Positions 16,304-25,344 of a stretch of DNA of 25,344 nt are shown in pieces. The translations under genes and the position numbers were made by a program. Position 1 is the stretch's first letter; every line of letters begins with the position of its first letter. Location of the stretch: the NCBI GenBank assembly GCA_039698055.1, contig JBDKTL010000022.1, positions 1-25,344 on the forward strand, read 5' to 3'. This stretch comes from Methanoregula sp. Its GTDB lineage: Archaea > Halobacteriota > Methanomicrobia > Methanomicrobiales > Methanospirillaceae. Under the pieces are notes generated by a model. That model saw nothing but the letters and a program-made list of their open reading frames with translations, made no database searches and was not told where the DNA came from.

Positions 16304-17883
16304 AGGTATCTTCCCCGCAGTTCGATTTCATGCTCACGCAAAATAACCGCGTCAGCCCCGTCAAATGTCTCTTTGTATCCTGATACAAACGCCGCTTTAA
16401 GAGCATCTGCTTTCCGTGGGTGGGTGCTTTCAAGGGTCTGGAAAAACACATGAATATCCACACCTCTTTGTTCAATTTCCGGTGTGACTTGTGCCAGCCC
16501 AAAATCGATCAACACACATTTTCCGTCGCTGTCGCGAATGATCATATTACTGGTCGTAAGGTCCCCATGCATGATGCCGGCAGAGTGAAGTCTGCCCACT
16601 GCGCGTCCCGCTTCCTGTACATGTGCTTCCGTGAGATCACCGGTCAGGATCTGCCCCTTCACATTGTCCATCACGATAGTATCTGATGTAATATCGCTGA
16701 TAACTGGGGTTGGCGCACCTGCTTTGCGTGCCATATGGATCACTCTTGCCTCAACCCGCGTCCGCTCTATAATCAGCCGTTTGTCCAATGCCGGTATCCG
16801 GTATCGTTTGGAGATCCGCTGTTTTGCCGCACGACCTTCACAAAACGTAACAACCGCTTCTGCACCGCGTTTTTGATCTGACTTTATTGAGTGAATAGGT
16901 GGACTTGATTGTGCAGCAGTATCCTTCCATGTAATCTCTACCTCCTCTGACCGGAACGAAGGATTAATCTGCGAAGCCTCGATTGGGAGCGACTGGCCGC
17001 TTTCCAGCATCAGTTTTCCGGTGTATGCGATCATCGCTCCATTATCGCCGAGGTACCGGTATTCAGGAACAAAGAAACGGGCGCCACGGTCTTCGCACAT
17101 AGTGCGGAGCATTTCCTGCAACCGGGTATTTGCTCCCACGCCTCCCACTAACAGCACTTCATCTTTTCCGGTAAGTGACAGTGCCCGTTCAGTTACTTCC
17201 ACGCACATGGCAAATGCTGTTTCCTGGAGGCTACAGCATACATCGGATAATGGCTCACGACTATCTTTTGCGGCAGAAACAAGCCCCGAGAATGCGAGAT
17301 CCATTCCTTTTACCGTATAGGGGAGTTCGAAGTAGTTTCCTGATCGGGCATGGGTTTCAATCAAGGGGCCGCCCGGATGAGGAAGATCTTTTGCCCGCGC
17401 GAACTTGTCAAGGGCGTTCCCTATCCCGATATCCAGTGTTTCACCAAATATCCTGTACCTGCCATTCAGGTAGCCGATCACTTGTGTATTTGCACCGCTT
17501 GCGTACAGCACAATCGGATCGCGGCACCCGGTTGCCCAGCACCCTATCTCAACGTGAGCAACGCAGTGGTTCACACCGGCAAGGGGAACGTTCAGGGCAC
17601 ATGCAAGCGAACGGGCGGCAGTCGCGACAGTCCTGAGACAAGGTCCAAGCCCCGGGCCCTGAGAAAATGCAATGCCGGTAATTTTTTCCGGTTCAGTAAG
17701 TACTGAAGCAATGAGTTCCTTCATCACCGATGCGTGGTGCTGCGCAGCTTCACGCGGGTGAATCCCTCCATGTGCTGGTGAGTATGGTCGGGAAGAAAGA
17801 GCGATAACATCCTGATCAAAAAGAGCGGCACTGAGGTTCCATGCAGTCCCCTCAATACCAAGTATCTGCCCAAAAACAGGCAT
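16300..17883 (-). CDS. kae1: Bifunctional Kae1-Bud32 (KEOPS t6A synthase/kinase)
   Basis: LGIEGTA, GGIHPREAA, NHCVAH, GETLDIGIGN and DNGAMIA motifs, fused to a kinase with RGAEA, HGDLTTSN and IDFGL. Confidence 0.97.
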   Translation of the reverse strand: MPVFGQILGIEGTAWNLSAALFDQDVIALSSRPYSPAHGGIHPREAAQHHASVMKELIASVLTEPEKITGIAFSQGPGLGPCLRTVATAARSLACALNVPLAGVNHCVAHVEIGCWATGCRDPIVLYASGANTQVIGYLNGRYRIFGETLDIGIGNALDKFARAKDLPHPGGPLIETHARSGNYFELPYTVKGMDLAFSGLVSAAKDSREPLSDVCCSLQETAFAMCVEVTERALSLTGKDEVLLVGGVGANTRLQEMLRTMCEDRGARFFVPEYRYLGDNGAMIAYTGKLMLESGQSLPIEASQINPSFRSEEVEITWKDTAAQSSPPIHSIKSDQKRGAEAVVTFCEGRAAKQRISKRYRIPALDKRLIIERTRVEARVIHMARKAGAPTPVISDITSDTIVMDNVKGQILTGDLTEAHVQEAGRAVGRLHSAGIMHGDLTTSNMIIRDSDGKCVLIDFGLAQVTPEIEQRGVDIHVFFQTLESTHPRKADALKAAFVSGYKETFDGADAVILREHEIELRGRYL

Positions 17884-17889
17884 TGGACC

Positions 17890-18072
17890 TTATTTTTTAA
17901 ATTCTGTATATCCGCACTTTCCGCAGGCAACCCGGTCCTTGTGGTCTGCCAGCATGACACCGGGGCCGCAACGGGGGCAGTACTTCTTTGAGGTTGTGAC
18001 TTTGTCGCCTTCAACCTTAAAGAACGCTCCCCGCTGGGGTCCCTTTGTCACGGTTTTTTTTGCCGCTGCCAT
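17890..18072 (-). CDS. rps27ae: 30S ribosomal protein S27ae
   Basis: [26 protein letters not shown] motif. Confidence 0.97.
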   Translation of the reverse strand: MAAAKKTVTKGPQRGAFFKVEGDKVTTSKKYCPRCGPGVMLADHKDRVACGKCGYTEFKK

Positions 18073-18074
18073 GG

Positions 18075-18377
18075 TTATGCCGCTCCTTCTTCTTCTTTGG
18101 GCTTGGGCATGCCGCGTGCACTTAAGTAAGGCCTTTCCGTTTTGGTTTTGGCCTCCTCGGAGTCATAGGCACGGGCATTTCCGTGGATTTCCATCTTGCC
18201 AAAGCTGCTGTGAAGTGTGTCGAGCACAACCATGGGCTCCTTTACATTGAGCAGTGCGCACAGCTTACCGATGATCTGCATGCGGGAAGGTGTTGCACCA
18301 TCATATTTGAGAGTAAACTGAACCTCTCTTCTGGATAAAAGGTTATTTCTTTTATCGCTCTCGATCTCAAAGTCCAT
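18075..18377 (-). CDS. rps24e: 30S ribosomal protein S24e
   Basis: [15 protein letters not shown] and FGK...G.A..Y motifs. Start reassigned to MDFEI at 18377, with TTTAAATA about 30 nt upstream. Confidence 0.96.
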   Translation of the reverse strand: MDFEIESDKRNNLLSRREVQFTLKYDGATPSRMQIIGKLCALLNVKEPMVVLDTLHSSFGKMEIHGNARAYDSEEAKTKTERPYLSARGMPKPKEEEGAA

Positions 18378-18492
18378 CGATATCCTGTAATTATTGGAAA
18401 CCGGCTTATTTAAAACATGACCTCCAGATAATGGGCGCCTGAAACTAACGCAAAAAGAGAAATACGGGACTTTGCTTCTTCCTTTTAGGAAA

Positions 18493-18984
18493 CTACCCAT
18501 TGGTTTGAATAAAATGGTTCAGGAGTTTTCTCGCAGTATCCCTAGCACCTGCGTCGACAGTCCGAAGAACAACACCTTTATGGGGCTGTCCGTACAGGAT
18601 GACCGCGCCATCTGGCGCCGCGATTACGAGCGGAATAACGGCCAAATCCTCCTCCCCATCAACAATGATCATTACCGGGGTGTGAGTGATAGCCTGCTCT
18701 AGTGCACGGATAAGGTCATCTGTCAATGTCCCGGGTGGATTTATGACGTGTATAAGTTCGCCCATGAGATCCGGCATACGATTGCACGGCAATCTCATCG
18801 TCTGCCCATCGACAACGGCAATTGCAGGTGTGATCCCGCGCTTTTGCAGGTTGTTGGTAACGACATCGCCAACTGTATAGACAATACGGTTGGCAATTAA
18901 AGGGATCACTTCATTCATGTTGCTATAAAGTTCCCCAAATGGGTCCTTGAAGAGCTTGCGATGCTCTTTTGGGAGGACCAGCAT
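18493..18984 (-). CDS. GTP-dependent dephospho-CoA kinase (DUF359)
   Basis: TVGDVVT, NPPG, VDGEEDL and YGQP motifs. Start reassigned to 18984 (TGATG overlap with spt4). Confidence 0.93.
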   Translation of the reverse strand: MLVLPKEHRKLFKDPFGELYSNMNEVIPLIANRIVYTVGDVVTNNLQKRGITPAIAVVDGQTMRLPCNRMPDLMGELIHVINPPGTLTDDLIRALEQAITHTPVMIIVDGEEDLAVIPLVIAAPDGAVILYGQPHKGVVLRTVDAGARDTARKLLNHFIQTNG

Positions 18985-19190
18985 CAGCGGACCTTCAGAG
19001 CATAACGTCCGGGCAACTTGATGTTCATCCGTTTTGCCACATCGGAAGTTTCCGGATCGATGATAACGAGATACCCTGACCAGTCTTCGCTTAAGTTTGT
19101 TGTCCCGCAAATTACACAGTTCTCGCCATCAACTACCCGGTGGCAGTCACGGCATACTTTTCCCTGTTTTTTCTTATTCGCCGGCGGCAT
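18984..19190 (-). CDS. spt4: Transcription elongation factor Spt4 (RpoE'')
   Basis: CRDC...CVICG, WSGYLVIIDP and PGRYALKVR motifs; start at MPPANK 19190. Confidence 0.96.
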   Translation of the reverse strand: MPPANKKKQGKVCRDCHRVVDGENCVICGTTNLSEDWSGYLVIIDPETSDVAKRMNIKLPGRYALKVR

Positions 19191-19815
19191 TCTCCTTCCT
19201 CTTGCCTTTAGCTTTTTCCGTGGATTTTTCTTTTGGTGCTGATCCTGCGGATGCTGCCTTTTCTTTCTCCTTCTCAATCTCTTCTTCAAGCCAGAGTGCA
19301 GTTCCTAACCCGGCCTGCCTCATCGTAAGACCGATCTTGCTGTCCCGCGGTTCCCGCTCGTTTAGCGATAACGTCACTACGCGGACGCGAACTGTGTCGC
19401 CTACACCGATGAACCGTTTGGATTCCTGGCAAATCAGCCGGTTATTTTTCTCATCGAAATTGATATATTCATCAGATATCTGGCTCACATGCAGCATCGC
19501 ATCGATGGGACCAAGGCTCACGAATGCGCCAAAACTGGTGGTTTCGACAACCAGTCCTTCTATAACTTCCTGAAGTCCCAGCCGGAGTACCATCGCCTCA
19601 AACTTCACATTGTAATAAACGCCGCCGTCCCCTGGGACAATCTCGCCTTCACCGACATCATGAACGCCTTTAACGCAGATAAATATCCCAAGTTCTTTAT
19701 CGATACTCCCTTCGAGCTGTTCCTGCAGGACCTCAAGAATAACTTTCTCGAGTTTATCGCCCAGCCGTTGGGGGGGCACCCGCACTTTATCCTCAAGCAA
19801 CATTTTGTAATACAT
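19174..19815 (-). CDS. rpoE1: DNA-directed RNA polymerase subunit Rpo7 (E')
   Basis: VRVPP, PGDGG, FGAFV.LGP.D..LHVSQI (S1 domain) and KIGLTMRQ.GLG motifs. Confidence 0.97.
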   Translation of the reverse strand: MYYKMLLEDKVRVPPQRLGDKLEKVILEVLQEQLEGSIDKELGIFICVKGVHDVGEGEIVPGDGGVYYNVKFEAMVLRLGLQEVIEGLVVETTSFGAFVSLGPIDAMLHVSQISDEYINFDEKNNRLICQESKRFIGVGDTVRVRVVTLSLNEREPRDSKIGLTMRQAGLGTALWLEEEIEKEKEKAASAGSAPKEKSTEKAKGKRKENAAGE

Positions 19816-19823
19816 AACCCACC

Positions 19824-20207
19824 TTACCTCCGCAATATCTCCAGTTTTTTCTGATTTCTCATGGATATTACTCCGATTCCACGGTCAAGCAGCTCATCTC
19901 TCACGCGTCGATCGTTTGTCACAACCATACAATCGTGTTTTTCTGCATATTCAATGACTCGTTCATCAACCGGGTTCGATGTTCCGGCAGGAGTCTCTGC
20001 AATCGTACAGTGCTCCACAAGAGCAAGTCCAAAACGCGCCGCCGCACCATCCTTACCTTTTGCACGGGTGAGACCGGTTAGTTCCTGCACCACTTCTTTA
20101 AGCACCACGGGCTCGAAACCCCCTACAAGCGCACGGATCTCTTCAAAGAGATCTATTTTAAACTGTGCGGGCATCATAAGGGCATTTGCGTCCAGCAGGA
20201 CTTTTAT
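19824..20207 (-). CDS. PIN-domain protein (VapC9/Fcf1-like)
   Basis: VLLDANALM lies upstream of the first ATG; also V..EL, VD..I and VTND motifs. Start placed at ATA 20207, overlapping the aIF2g stop. Confidence 0.88.
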   Translation of the reverse strand: MKVLLDANALMMPAQFKIDLFEEIRALVGGFEPVVLKEVVQELTGLTRAKGKDGAAARFGLALVEHCTIAETPAGTSNPVDERVIEYAEKHDCMVVTNDRRVRDELLDRGIGVISMRNQKKLEILRR

Positions 20208-21439
20208 TCGGTCAGGACGCCCATCCCGATTAACCGCCAGCGTGCTCCCACCTGCCGGCTGATAGCAATCCTTGCACCCTGCTCTGCGCAGACCGGACGC
20301 TTCAGCTGCACTTCAACCAAATCTTTCTTTGTATTCGTGACAACACCGACCGTGACCGCTGTTCCAACTGAAAGCATCAGCGGCTCATTATGTTTCAAAG
20401 GTTCGATAACAAGCTCACTTGTCGCTCCCACCACCCGTTCCATCAGGGTGACGTGGCAATGGATTTTATCCCAGACTGGTGGCAGTTTGCCAACATGACC
20501 TACGACCTGTCCTGCCAGTGCATCACTTTTTGTAAGTGAGGGATCCAGTTTCGTCCCGATACCTAATAACCCCCCGGGAGTGGCTTCCTTAACCTTCTTT
20601 GACCCGGCATTGATAGAGGTGATTTCTGTGGTAATGGGGATCCACTTGATCCTGTTTTCAACCTGCATCTGCCTGCCCGGGCGGATCTCAATTTCTTCGC
20701 CATCGCGGAGGATGCCCCGAATAAGAGACCCCCCAACGACACCTCCTCGAACATCCTTCCAGTTGCAGCCAGGCTTATTGATGTCAAATGAGCGGGCAAT
20801 AAGCATCATCGGCTCTGCGGCCGGATCCCGCTCGGGTTCAGGAATGGTCTGATCAAGTGCCTGTACCAGTGCTCCCATATTGATGCTTTTCTGTGCGGAA
20901 ACCGGGATAATTGGTGCGTTTTCAGCAACTGTGCCTTTCACAAATGCTTTGATCTGTTTGTAATTATCGATAGCCTCCTTCTGGGAGACGACATCGATTT
21001 TGTTCTGGACGATAACAATATTTTTTATCCCGACAAGCCCCAGTGCCATCAGGTGCTCTTTTGTCTGTGGCTGGGGACATTTATCGGCTGCAGATATCAC
21101 CAGCATTGCTCCATCCATTAACGCAGAACCCGAGAGCATCGTTGCCATCAGCGTCTCATGTCCGGGCGCATCCACAAACGAGATAGACCTGAATGGGATT
21201 CCGTTCCCCTCGCAGACCGGGCAATTCGGTTTTGCTGAGTATGCTTCCGGACCTTCGCAGTGTTCACACTTGTAGAACGTTGCGTCCGCGTACCCAAGCC
21301 GGATGGAGATACCACGTCTCACTTCTTCGCTATGCCGGTCGGTCCATGTCCCGGTAAGCGCATTTACGAGTGTGGTCTTTCCGTGGTCCACATGGCCCAC
21401 CACCCCGATATTTACGCTGGGAATAGTCACATCATGCAA
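20204..21439 (-). CDS. eif2g: Translation initiation factor 2 gamma subunit
   Basis: [18 protein letters not shown], zinc knuckle, [20 protein letters not shown] and RWRLIG motifs. Confidence 0.98.
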   Translation of the reverse strand: MHDVTIPSVNIGVVGHVDHGKTTLVNALTGTWTDRHSEEVRRGISIRLGYADATFYKCEHCEGPEAYSAKPNCPVCEGNGIPFRSISFVDAPGHETLMATMLSGSALMDGAMLVISAADKCPQPQTKEHLMALGLVGIKNIVIVQNKIDVVSQKEAIDNYKQIKAFVKGTVAENAPIIPVSAQKSINMGALVQALDQTIPEPERDPAAEPMMLIARSFDINKPGCNWKDVRGGVVGGSLIRGILRDGEEIEIRPGRQMQVENRIKWIPITTEITSINAGSKKVKEATPGGLLGIGTKLDPSLTKSDALAGQVVGHVGKLPPVWDKIHCHVTLMERVVGATSELVIEPLKHNEPLMLSVGTAVTVGVVTNTKKDLVEVQLKRPVCAEQGARIAISRQVGARWRLIGMGVLTE

Positions 21440-22048
21440 ATGAAATCGAACCTCCTTATGCTCTAGGTGGTTGGCTTTTCAACCATCTTATAACAATTTT
21501 AATACTTCAGCCCCAAAAACGGATATCATTGAAGGGATTGATGAAACCCGGTACAAGGGAACTAGTGTTAATGACATTGCTTTCTTGATACATAATAATA
21601 CCCTCAATAAAAATTTGCCTTATGAGATGAGTGAACACTCTGGATCCTCCCCCATATTTTGAGGAGTCATCGGTACTCAGGTAACCCGAAAATTGAGAAT
21701 CTCTTGGTAACTCTCCTGATATTTTTACAGGATTATCGCAGGCACTCTTTATTGTTGGGGGTATTCGAAATGCATCCGGAATTAAATCAAGTAATACAAA
21801 TTGATGATGAGTACAAGAGTGGCAAGGTTGGGAAGGAATCACGATGATCAATGATTGTGCCTATCAGGATCGTCACCACGTTTATTAAAATCAATAATCC
21901 GGGCATCGCTCTATTTTCCTGTAACCAAGAATATACATCTTGAAGTAATTTTGATAAGGGTATATGGAAGTTCGTTTTAAAGAACCAGTGTGTTTGGTAT
22001 TTAAAACGGAATGAAATCTGTATAACTGACAACTATCGGTCGGGTGGA

Positions 22049-22342
22049 TTAACCTCCCCCTTCACAGCTCTGGTCGATATTTTTCCACGCCTCCTGAAGC
22101 TCATTTCCCGCTGCAAACTCCCGTTCACGTTTGATCACTGTTTTAGCGTCTTCAACGAGGGCTTTTTTTGTTTTTTCCACATGTTCAGCAGGAATCAGCT
22201 GGTCAATACGATAGAGGAGATTTGTGCTGTCCAGTTCAGCGAACAGGCTCCCTTTAATCTGTTCAAGGTGCATCACCGTGCCGGTTGTCCCGGTTTTGGG
22301 GTACCGTACTCGCATGCCAAGGGAGATCTCTTCCGTGAGCAT
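22049..22342 (-). CDS. DUF2098 domain methanogen protein
   Basis: G..VRY..TGT.G.V...LD.T.LLYR pattern and C-terminal CEGGG; start reassigned to MLTEEI 22342. Confidence 0.8.
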   Translation of the reverse strand: MLTEEISLGMRVRYPKTGTTGTVMHLEQIKGSLFAELDSTNLLYRIDQLIPAEHVEKTKKALVEDAKTVIKREREFAAGNELQEAWKNIDQSCEGGG

Positions 22343-22492
22343 ATACCAGAATGGGTGCATTGTTCTATAGATATCTTGTGCCATTCTGTCATCACTACAC
22401 AAACACTTTTTCTTGTAGTGTTCTTCCGGTTATGTTTACCACAGTGTGAACGTTGATCTATGCAGAAAAAATAGAAAAATTTTATAAAAGAA

Positions 22493-25090
22493 TTAGTTAA
22501 TGGTTAATCCCTGCATCACCGCAGATTCTGGCACGGAAAATGTCGTTCCTGTTCCCAAGATGTGGTATGGTCCGGTCGACTTCACCGTGTATGGGTTTCC
22601 GGTGGTTGAATATGGAACAACAAATTCCCCGTTGGCACTTTCCTGCCGGTAGGTAAAGTTTCTGCCAGTGTTTGATACAAGCGGGATTTCAATAATCCCC
22701 GTACCTTTGATATGTGCACCTTTCACGTATTCAAAGACTTTTACATATTTCACATCTGATGTTTTGGAATTGAATACATTTGTTGGGGATTCGTGAACAA
22801 GCCGGTAGTGCTGAAGTGCCGGGACTGCATCAATCGGAAGAATGATTGACGGGCTCAGTACCGTGGCATGGTACCCCTGAGGTGGTTTCTGGTTGTACTG
22901 CTCAGATTTTTTAGCCGCATCCGTTACGTTCATGGCTTCTGCATTGGAGATGACCGGCAGCGATACATGTGTGATACTGGAGTCTGCATATTCGACGTAA
23001 TATGCTGCCGTCGCCGGTGTCATGGAGCCATCAAAATTATGGAGCCGTGAGATCATCGTATGATAATACGGCTGTTCATTCAGGAGAACTGATTCATATT
23101 TCTGGGGATCACTCTGGCTGGGTGTCAGGACTGTCATCTGGTAGGGGGCTCCTGCTGCGGTTGAGTTATACCAGGTTGCCATCGCCCAGAACTTCCCGGT
23201 ATCCATTTCGATATCGGTAATAACATACTTGGTACCATCATGATCGAGAATGGTGTTTGCATTGTTCTCAGATGTAGCCATAAAGTAAGCAGCAGATCCA
23301 TCCGGGCCGGCAACACCTGCCTGGAATGGGTTGGCATTTGGAATCCTTTTAGCGATATATGTGATCATATGGCCATAGTCCCACCAGGACATGACGCCAT
23401 ACGCGGTGTCGGGATATTTGAACGTCTTCGGATCGTAAATAGTGAAATAGTTTACCCCAGTATCTGGTGTACTGTTTCCCATCCAGTCCAGGGACTCGCG
23501 CCAGTCAGGGTTCATCCGAACCACATCGCTTGATGCATTTACATAACTGTAGGTCGCAGAAGTGTACGCAAAAAGAATCCCAAGTCCTGCAGTAATCACG
23601 ATAAGTCCAAGCATCAGGTAAGTTGAGGGGGGCAATCCGTCCGTTTTTTTCTGGAGTTTTTTCTGCTTCTTTCCCCGCGGGGATTCATCTTTCTTATCAG
23701 ACGTCTCATGCGTCGCATCTGAAGAAAAACCTCTTGCCAATGATGTGATCCCGCCCCACCCCCGTTCAAAGGCAAAACTCACACAGACCGCCGAGAGCAA
23801 TGCGATATTTACGGCCAGGTAATATTCGTACCTGATGTGCTGCCAGGTGGAATAGAATATGACAACCGACCATACCAGTGCAAAAATTTCATGGGGGCGC
23901 TCATCCTTCAGGTTGTTATAGAGGAGAACAAGTGCCCCTCCAATCATGAGGAGCAGGCCGTAATTGAATGCAATCCAAGCATTGTCTAATGACCAGCCAC
24001 GGGCTTCCTGCACGGTATTTGTCACCGGTGCCTGCCCAAAGAATGCAAACAGTGCAGAAATAAGCAAATTATACAACTGGGGGCTAACCACGAAAAGGAT
24101 CGCGGACACAAGTATGGCGCAACCAATCAGCACCAAGGGGTAATAGTACTTCTTTTTCCCGTTGATGTATTTTGTCAGGAAATAGAGGAAAACAGTCCCT
24201 CCAATCAGTACGATATAAGCGATGACATGTCCTATCGAATACGTGGACAGTCCCAAATCCTGGCTCTTGAAGCCAAACAGTAGGAGGCCCGCTATTGCAA
24301 TGACGAAGACAATGGTATTTATCACAAGGAGATAATCGGCCGAGCGTTCCCGGTAAAAATCTATGATGAACTGAATGACGGTGAAAATCCCGACGATCAT
24401 AGCAAAGAGGATCATCGTGGGCATCACAAAGAGACCCAACAGGTATGCAATTCCCGCAAGCCCTGAGAACAAAAGGATTTTTTTGTGATTTTTTAGATTT
24501 TTTAGATTTTTTACGTCAATTGGGGCTTTTTTGGCAAGACACAATGTATATATATAAAATAAACAAAAAAGTGTCGAAAAAAGGACTTCCGCGATATGGT
24601 GGTCCATGTATCCATAGAATGACCGGTAAAAAAACTGGCCTGATACAATTGCGGTGAATCCTGCAGACAGGATACCGGTCTTCCAGTCTCCGCAACATTT
24701 CCCGATATAATACATGAGCGGCACAACAAGCATTCCCATGACCGGGGGAACGAGAAGGCCGACTCCAATAATTTCCGGGCGGGTTACAGCACCGGTGATC
24801 AGGCAGCAGATTGCTATAATGGTCGGGAAGAGCGGTCCCCAGTAGACTGATGTTCCTACAGGGTACTGGGACATGGGATCAAACCAAGCATAGGTAAGGT
24901 GATTGGCCAGAAGTTGCTCTACCTGTCGGAGATTGTAAAGGGGGTCATCGCTTCCCACCATCATGAGGATATCGGTTTTACCCATGAGGAACATGGGGAT
25001 GAGGCGGAGCCAGAGTGCAAAGAGGGAAAAAAATATAATAATACCAAGGATGAGTAAATTTCTTCGGTTTTTAGTATCCAGTTTTACCAT
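22493..25090 (-). CDS. aglB: Oligosaccharyltransferase AglB (STT3 family)
   Basis: DPLYNLR, DHHIAE, TVQE and SWWDYGH motifs; many TM helices. Start at 25090 (MVKLD) with AAGGT upstream. Confidence 0.96.
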   Translation of the reverse strand: MVKLDTKNRRNLLILGIIIFFSLFALWLRLIPMFLMGKTDILMMVGSDDPLYNLRQVEQLLANHLTYAWFDPMSQYPVGTSVYWGPLFPTIIAICCLITGAVTRPEIIGVGLLVPPVMGMLVVPLMYYIGKCCGDWKTGILSAGFTAIVSGQFFYRSFYGYMDHHIAEVLFSTLFCLFYIYTLCLAKKAPIDVKNLKNLKNHKKILLFSGLAGIAYLLGLFVMPTMILFAMIVGIFTVIQFIIDFYRERSADYLLVINTIVFVIAIAGLLLFGFKSQDLGLSTYSIGHVIAYIVLIGGTVFLYFLTKYINGKKKYYYPLVLIGCAILVSAILFVVSPQLYNLLISALFAFFGQAPVTNTVQEARGWSLDNAWIAFNYGLLLMIGGALVLLYNNLKDERPHEIFALVWSVVIFYSTWQHIRYEYYLAVNIALLSAVCVSFAFERGWGGITSLARGFSSDATHETSDKKDESPRGKKQKKLQKKTDGLPPSTYLMLGLIVITAGLGILFAYTSATYSYVNASSDVVRMNPDWRESLDWMGNSTPDTGVNYFTIYDPKTFKYPDTAYGVMSWWDYGHMITYIAKRIPNANPFQAGVAGPDGSAAYFMATSENNANTILDHDGTKYVITDIEMDTGKFWAMATWYNSTAAGAPYQMTVLTPSQSDPQKYESVLLNEQPYYHTMISRLHNFDGSMTPATAAYYVEYADSSITHVSLPVISNAEAMNVTDAAKKSEQYNQKPPQGYHATVLSPSIILPIDAVPALQHYRLVHESPTNVFNSKTSDVKYVKVFEYVKGAHIKGTGIIEIPLVSNTGRNFTYRQESANGEFVVPYSTTGNPYTVKSTGPYHILGTGTTFSVPESAVMQGLTIN
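24487..24513. repeat. In-frame 9-bp tandem repeat x3 within aglB
   Basis: GATTTTTTA x3, encoding KNLKNLKN. Confidence 0.85.
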
Positions 25091-25344
25091 ATGATCTACC
25101 TTTCTTGGGTACAAAATCGATGTCAGGAGCATTAATAAATTTGGATGAATGCATCAAAGCATCGTTTTGAACAAATTTTCATATATATCTGGATCTCTCC
25201 ACCTTTGTATTGTTTAAAATTAATTTGGAATGTGGCAGGCTGATCCATCAGGGATTTTACTTCTTTAATATACATTTCCCTATGATAAAATGGAATAATG
25301 ATTATAATCCTTGGTTAAGACACGAAGAATTTTCAGATGAGGTT

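Noticed and set aside
16300-17883. Kae1-Bud32 fusion as a novelty
   Set aside because: The fusion is well known in methanogens and other euryarchaea.
8428-18495. Pyrrolysine readthrough at TAG stops (8428-30, 11875-77, 18493-95)
   Set aside because: The proteins appear complete at these stops, and there are no pyl or methylamine methyltransferase genes here.
18378-19289. Long N-terminal extensions given for S24e, DUF359 and Spt4
   Set aside because: They are longest-ORF artefacts; downstream ATGs fit the family N-termini and the gene overlaps.

Overview
Archaeal chromosomal window, most likely a Methanomicrobiales (Methanoregula-like) methanogen; this is inferred from gene content, not from a database search. 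From left to right it holds: (1) the probable end of an IS1595-like element and a decayed DUF333 lipoprotein gene; (2) a complete trpEGDCFBA operon (- strand) with three TRP-box-like hexamers over its TATA box and a strong 5'UTR hairpin; (3) an accessory block of membrane and small Cys-rich proteins, an AF0577/TIGR04084-type radical SAM/SPASM enzyme, a class I methyltransferase, a solitary archaellin-like gene and a 71-aa Lys-rich two-repeat protein; (4) about 1 kb of non-coding DNA with a full ORB-like element, an AT-rich tract and G/C-string palindromes, a candidate replication origin with no cdc6 in the window; (5) a TMEM175 remnant, a tRNA-Gly/tRNA-Val pair, htpX and a DUF1917 gene; (6) the conserved aIF2g-PIN-rpo7-spt4-DPCK-S24e-S27ae-kae1/bud32-rdgB-L40e cluster, a DUF2098 gene and aglB. 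The best leads are the candidate oriC with its adjacent basic repeat protein, the radical SAM gene with its small Cys-rich neighbours, the trp regulatory region, and an apparent ATA start codon for the PIN gene.
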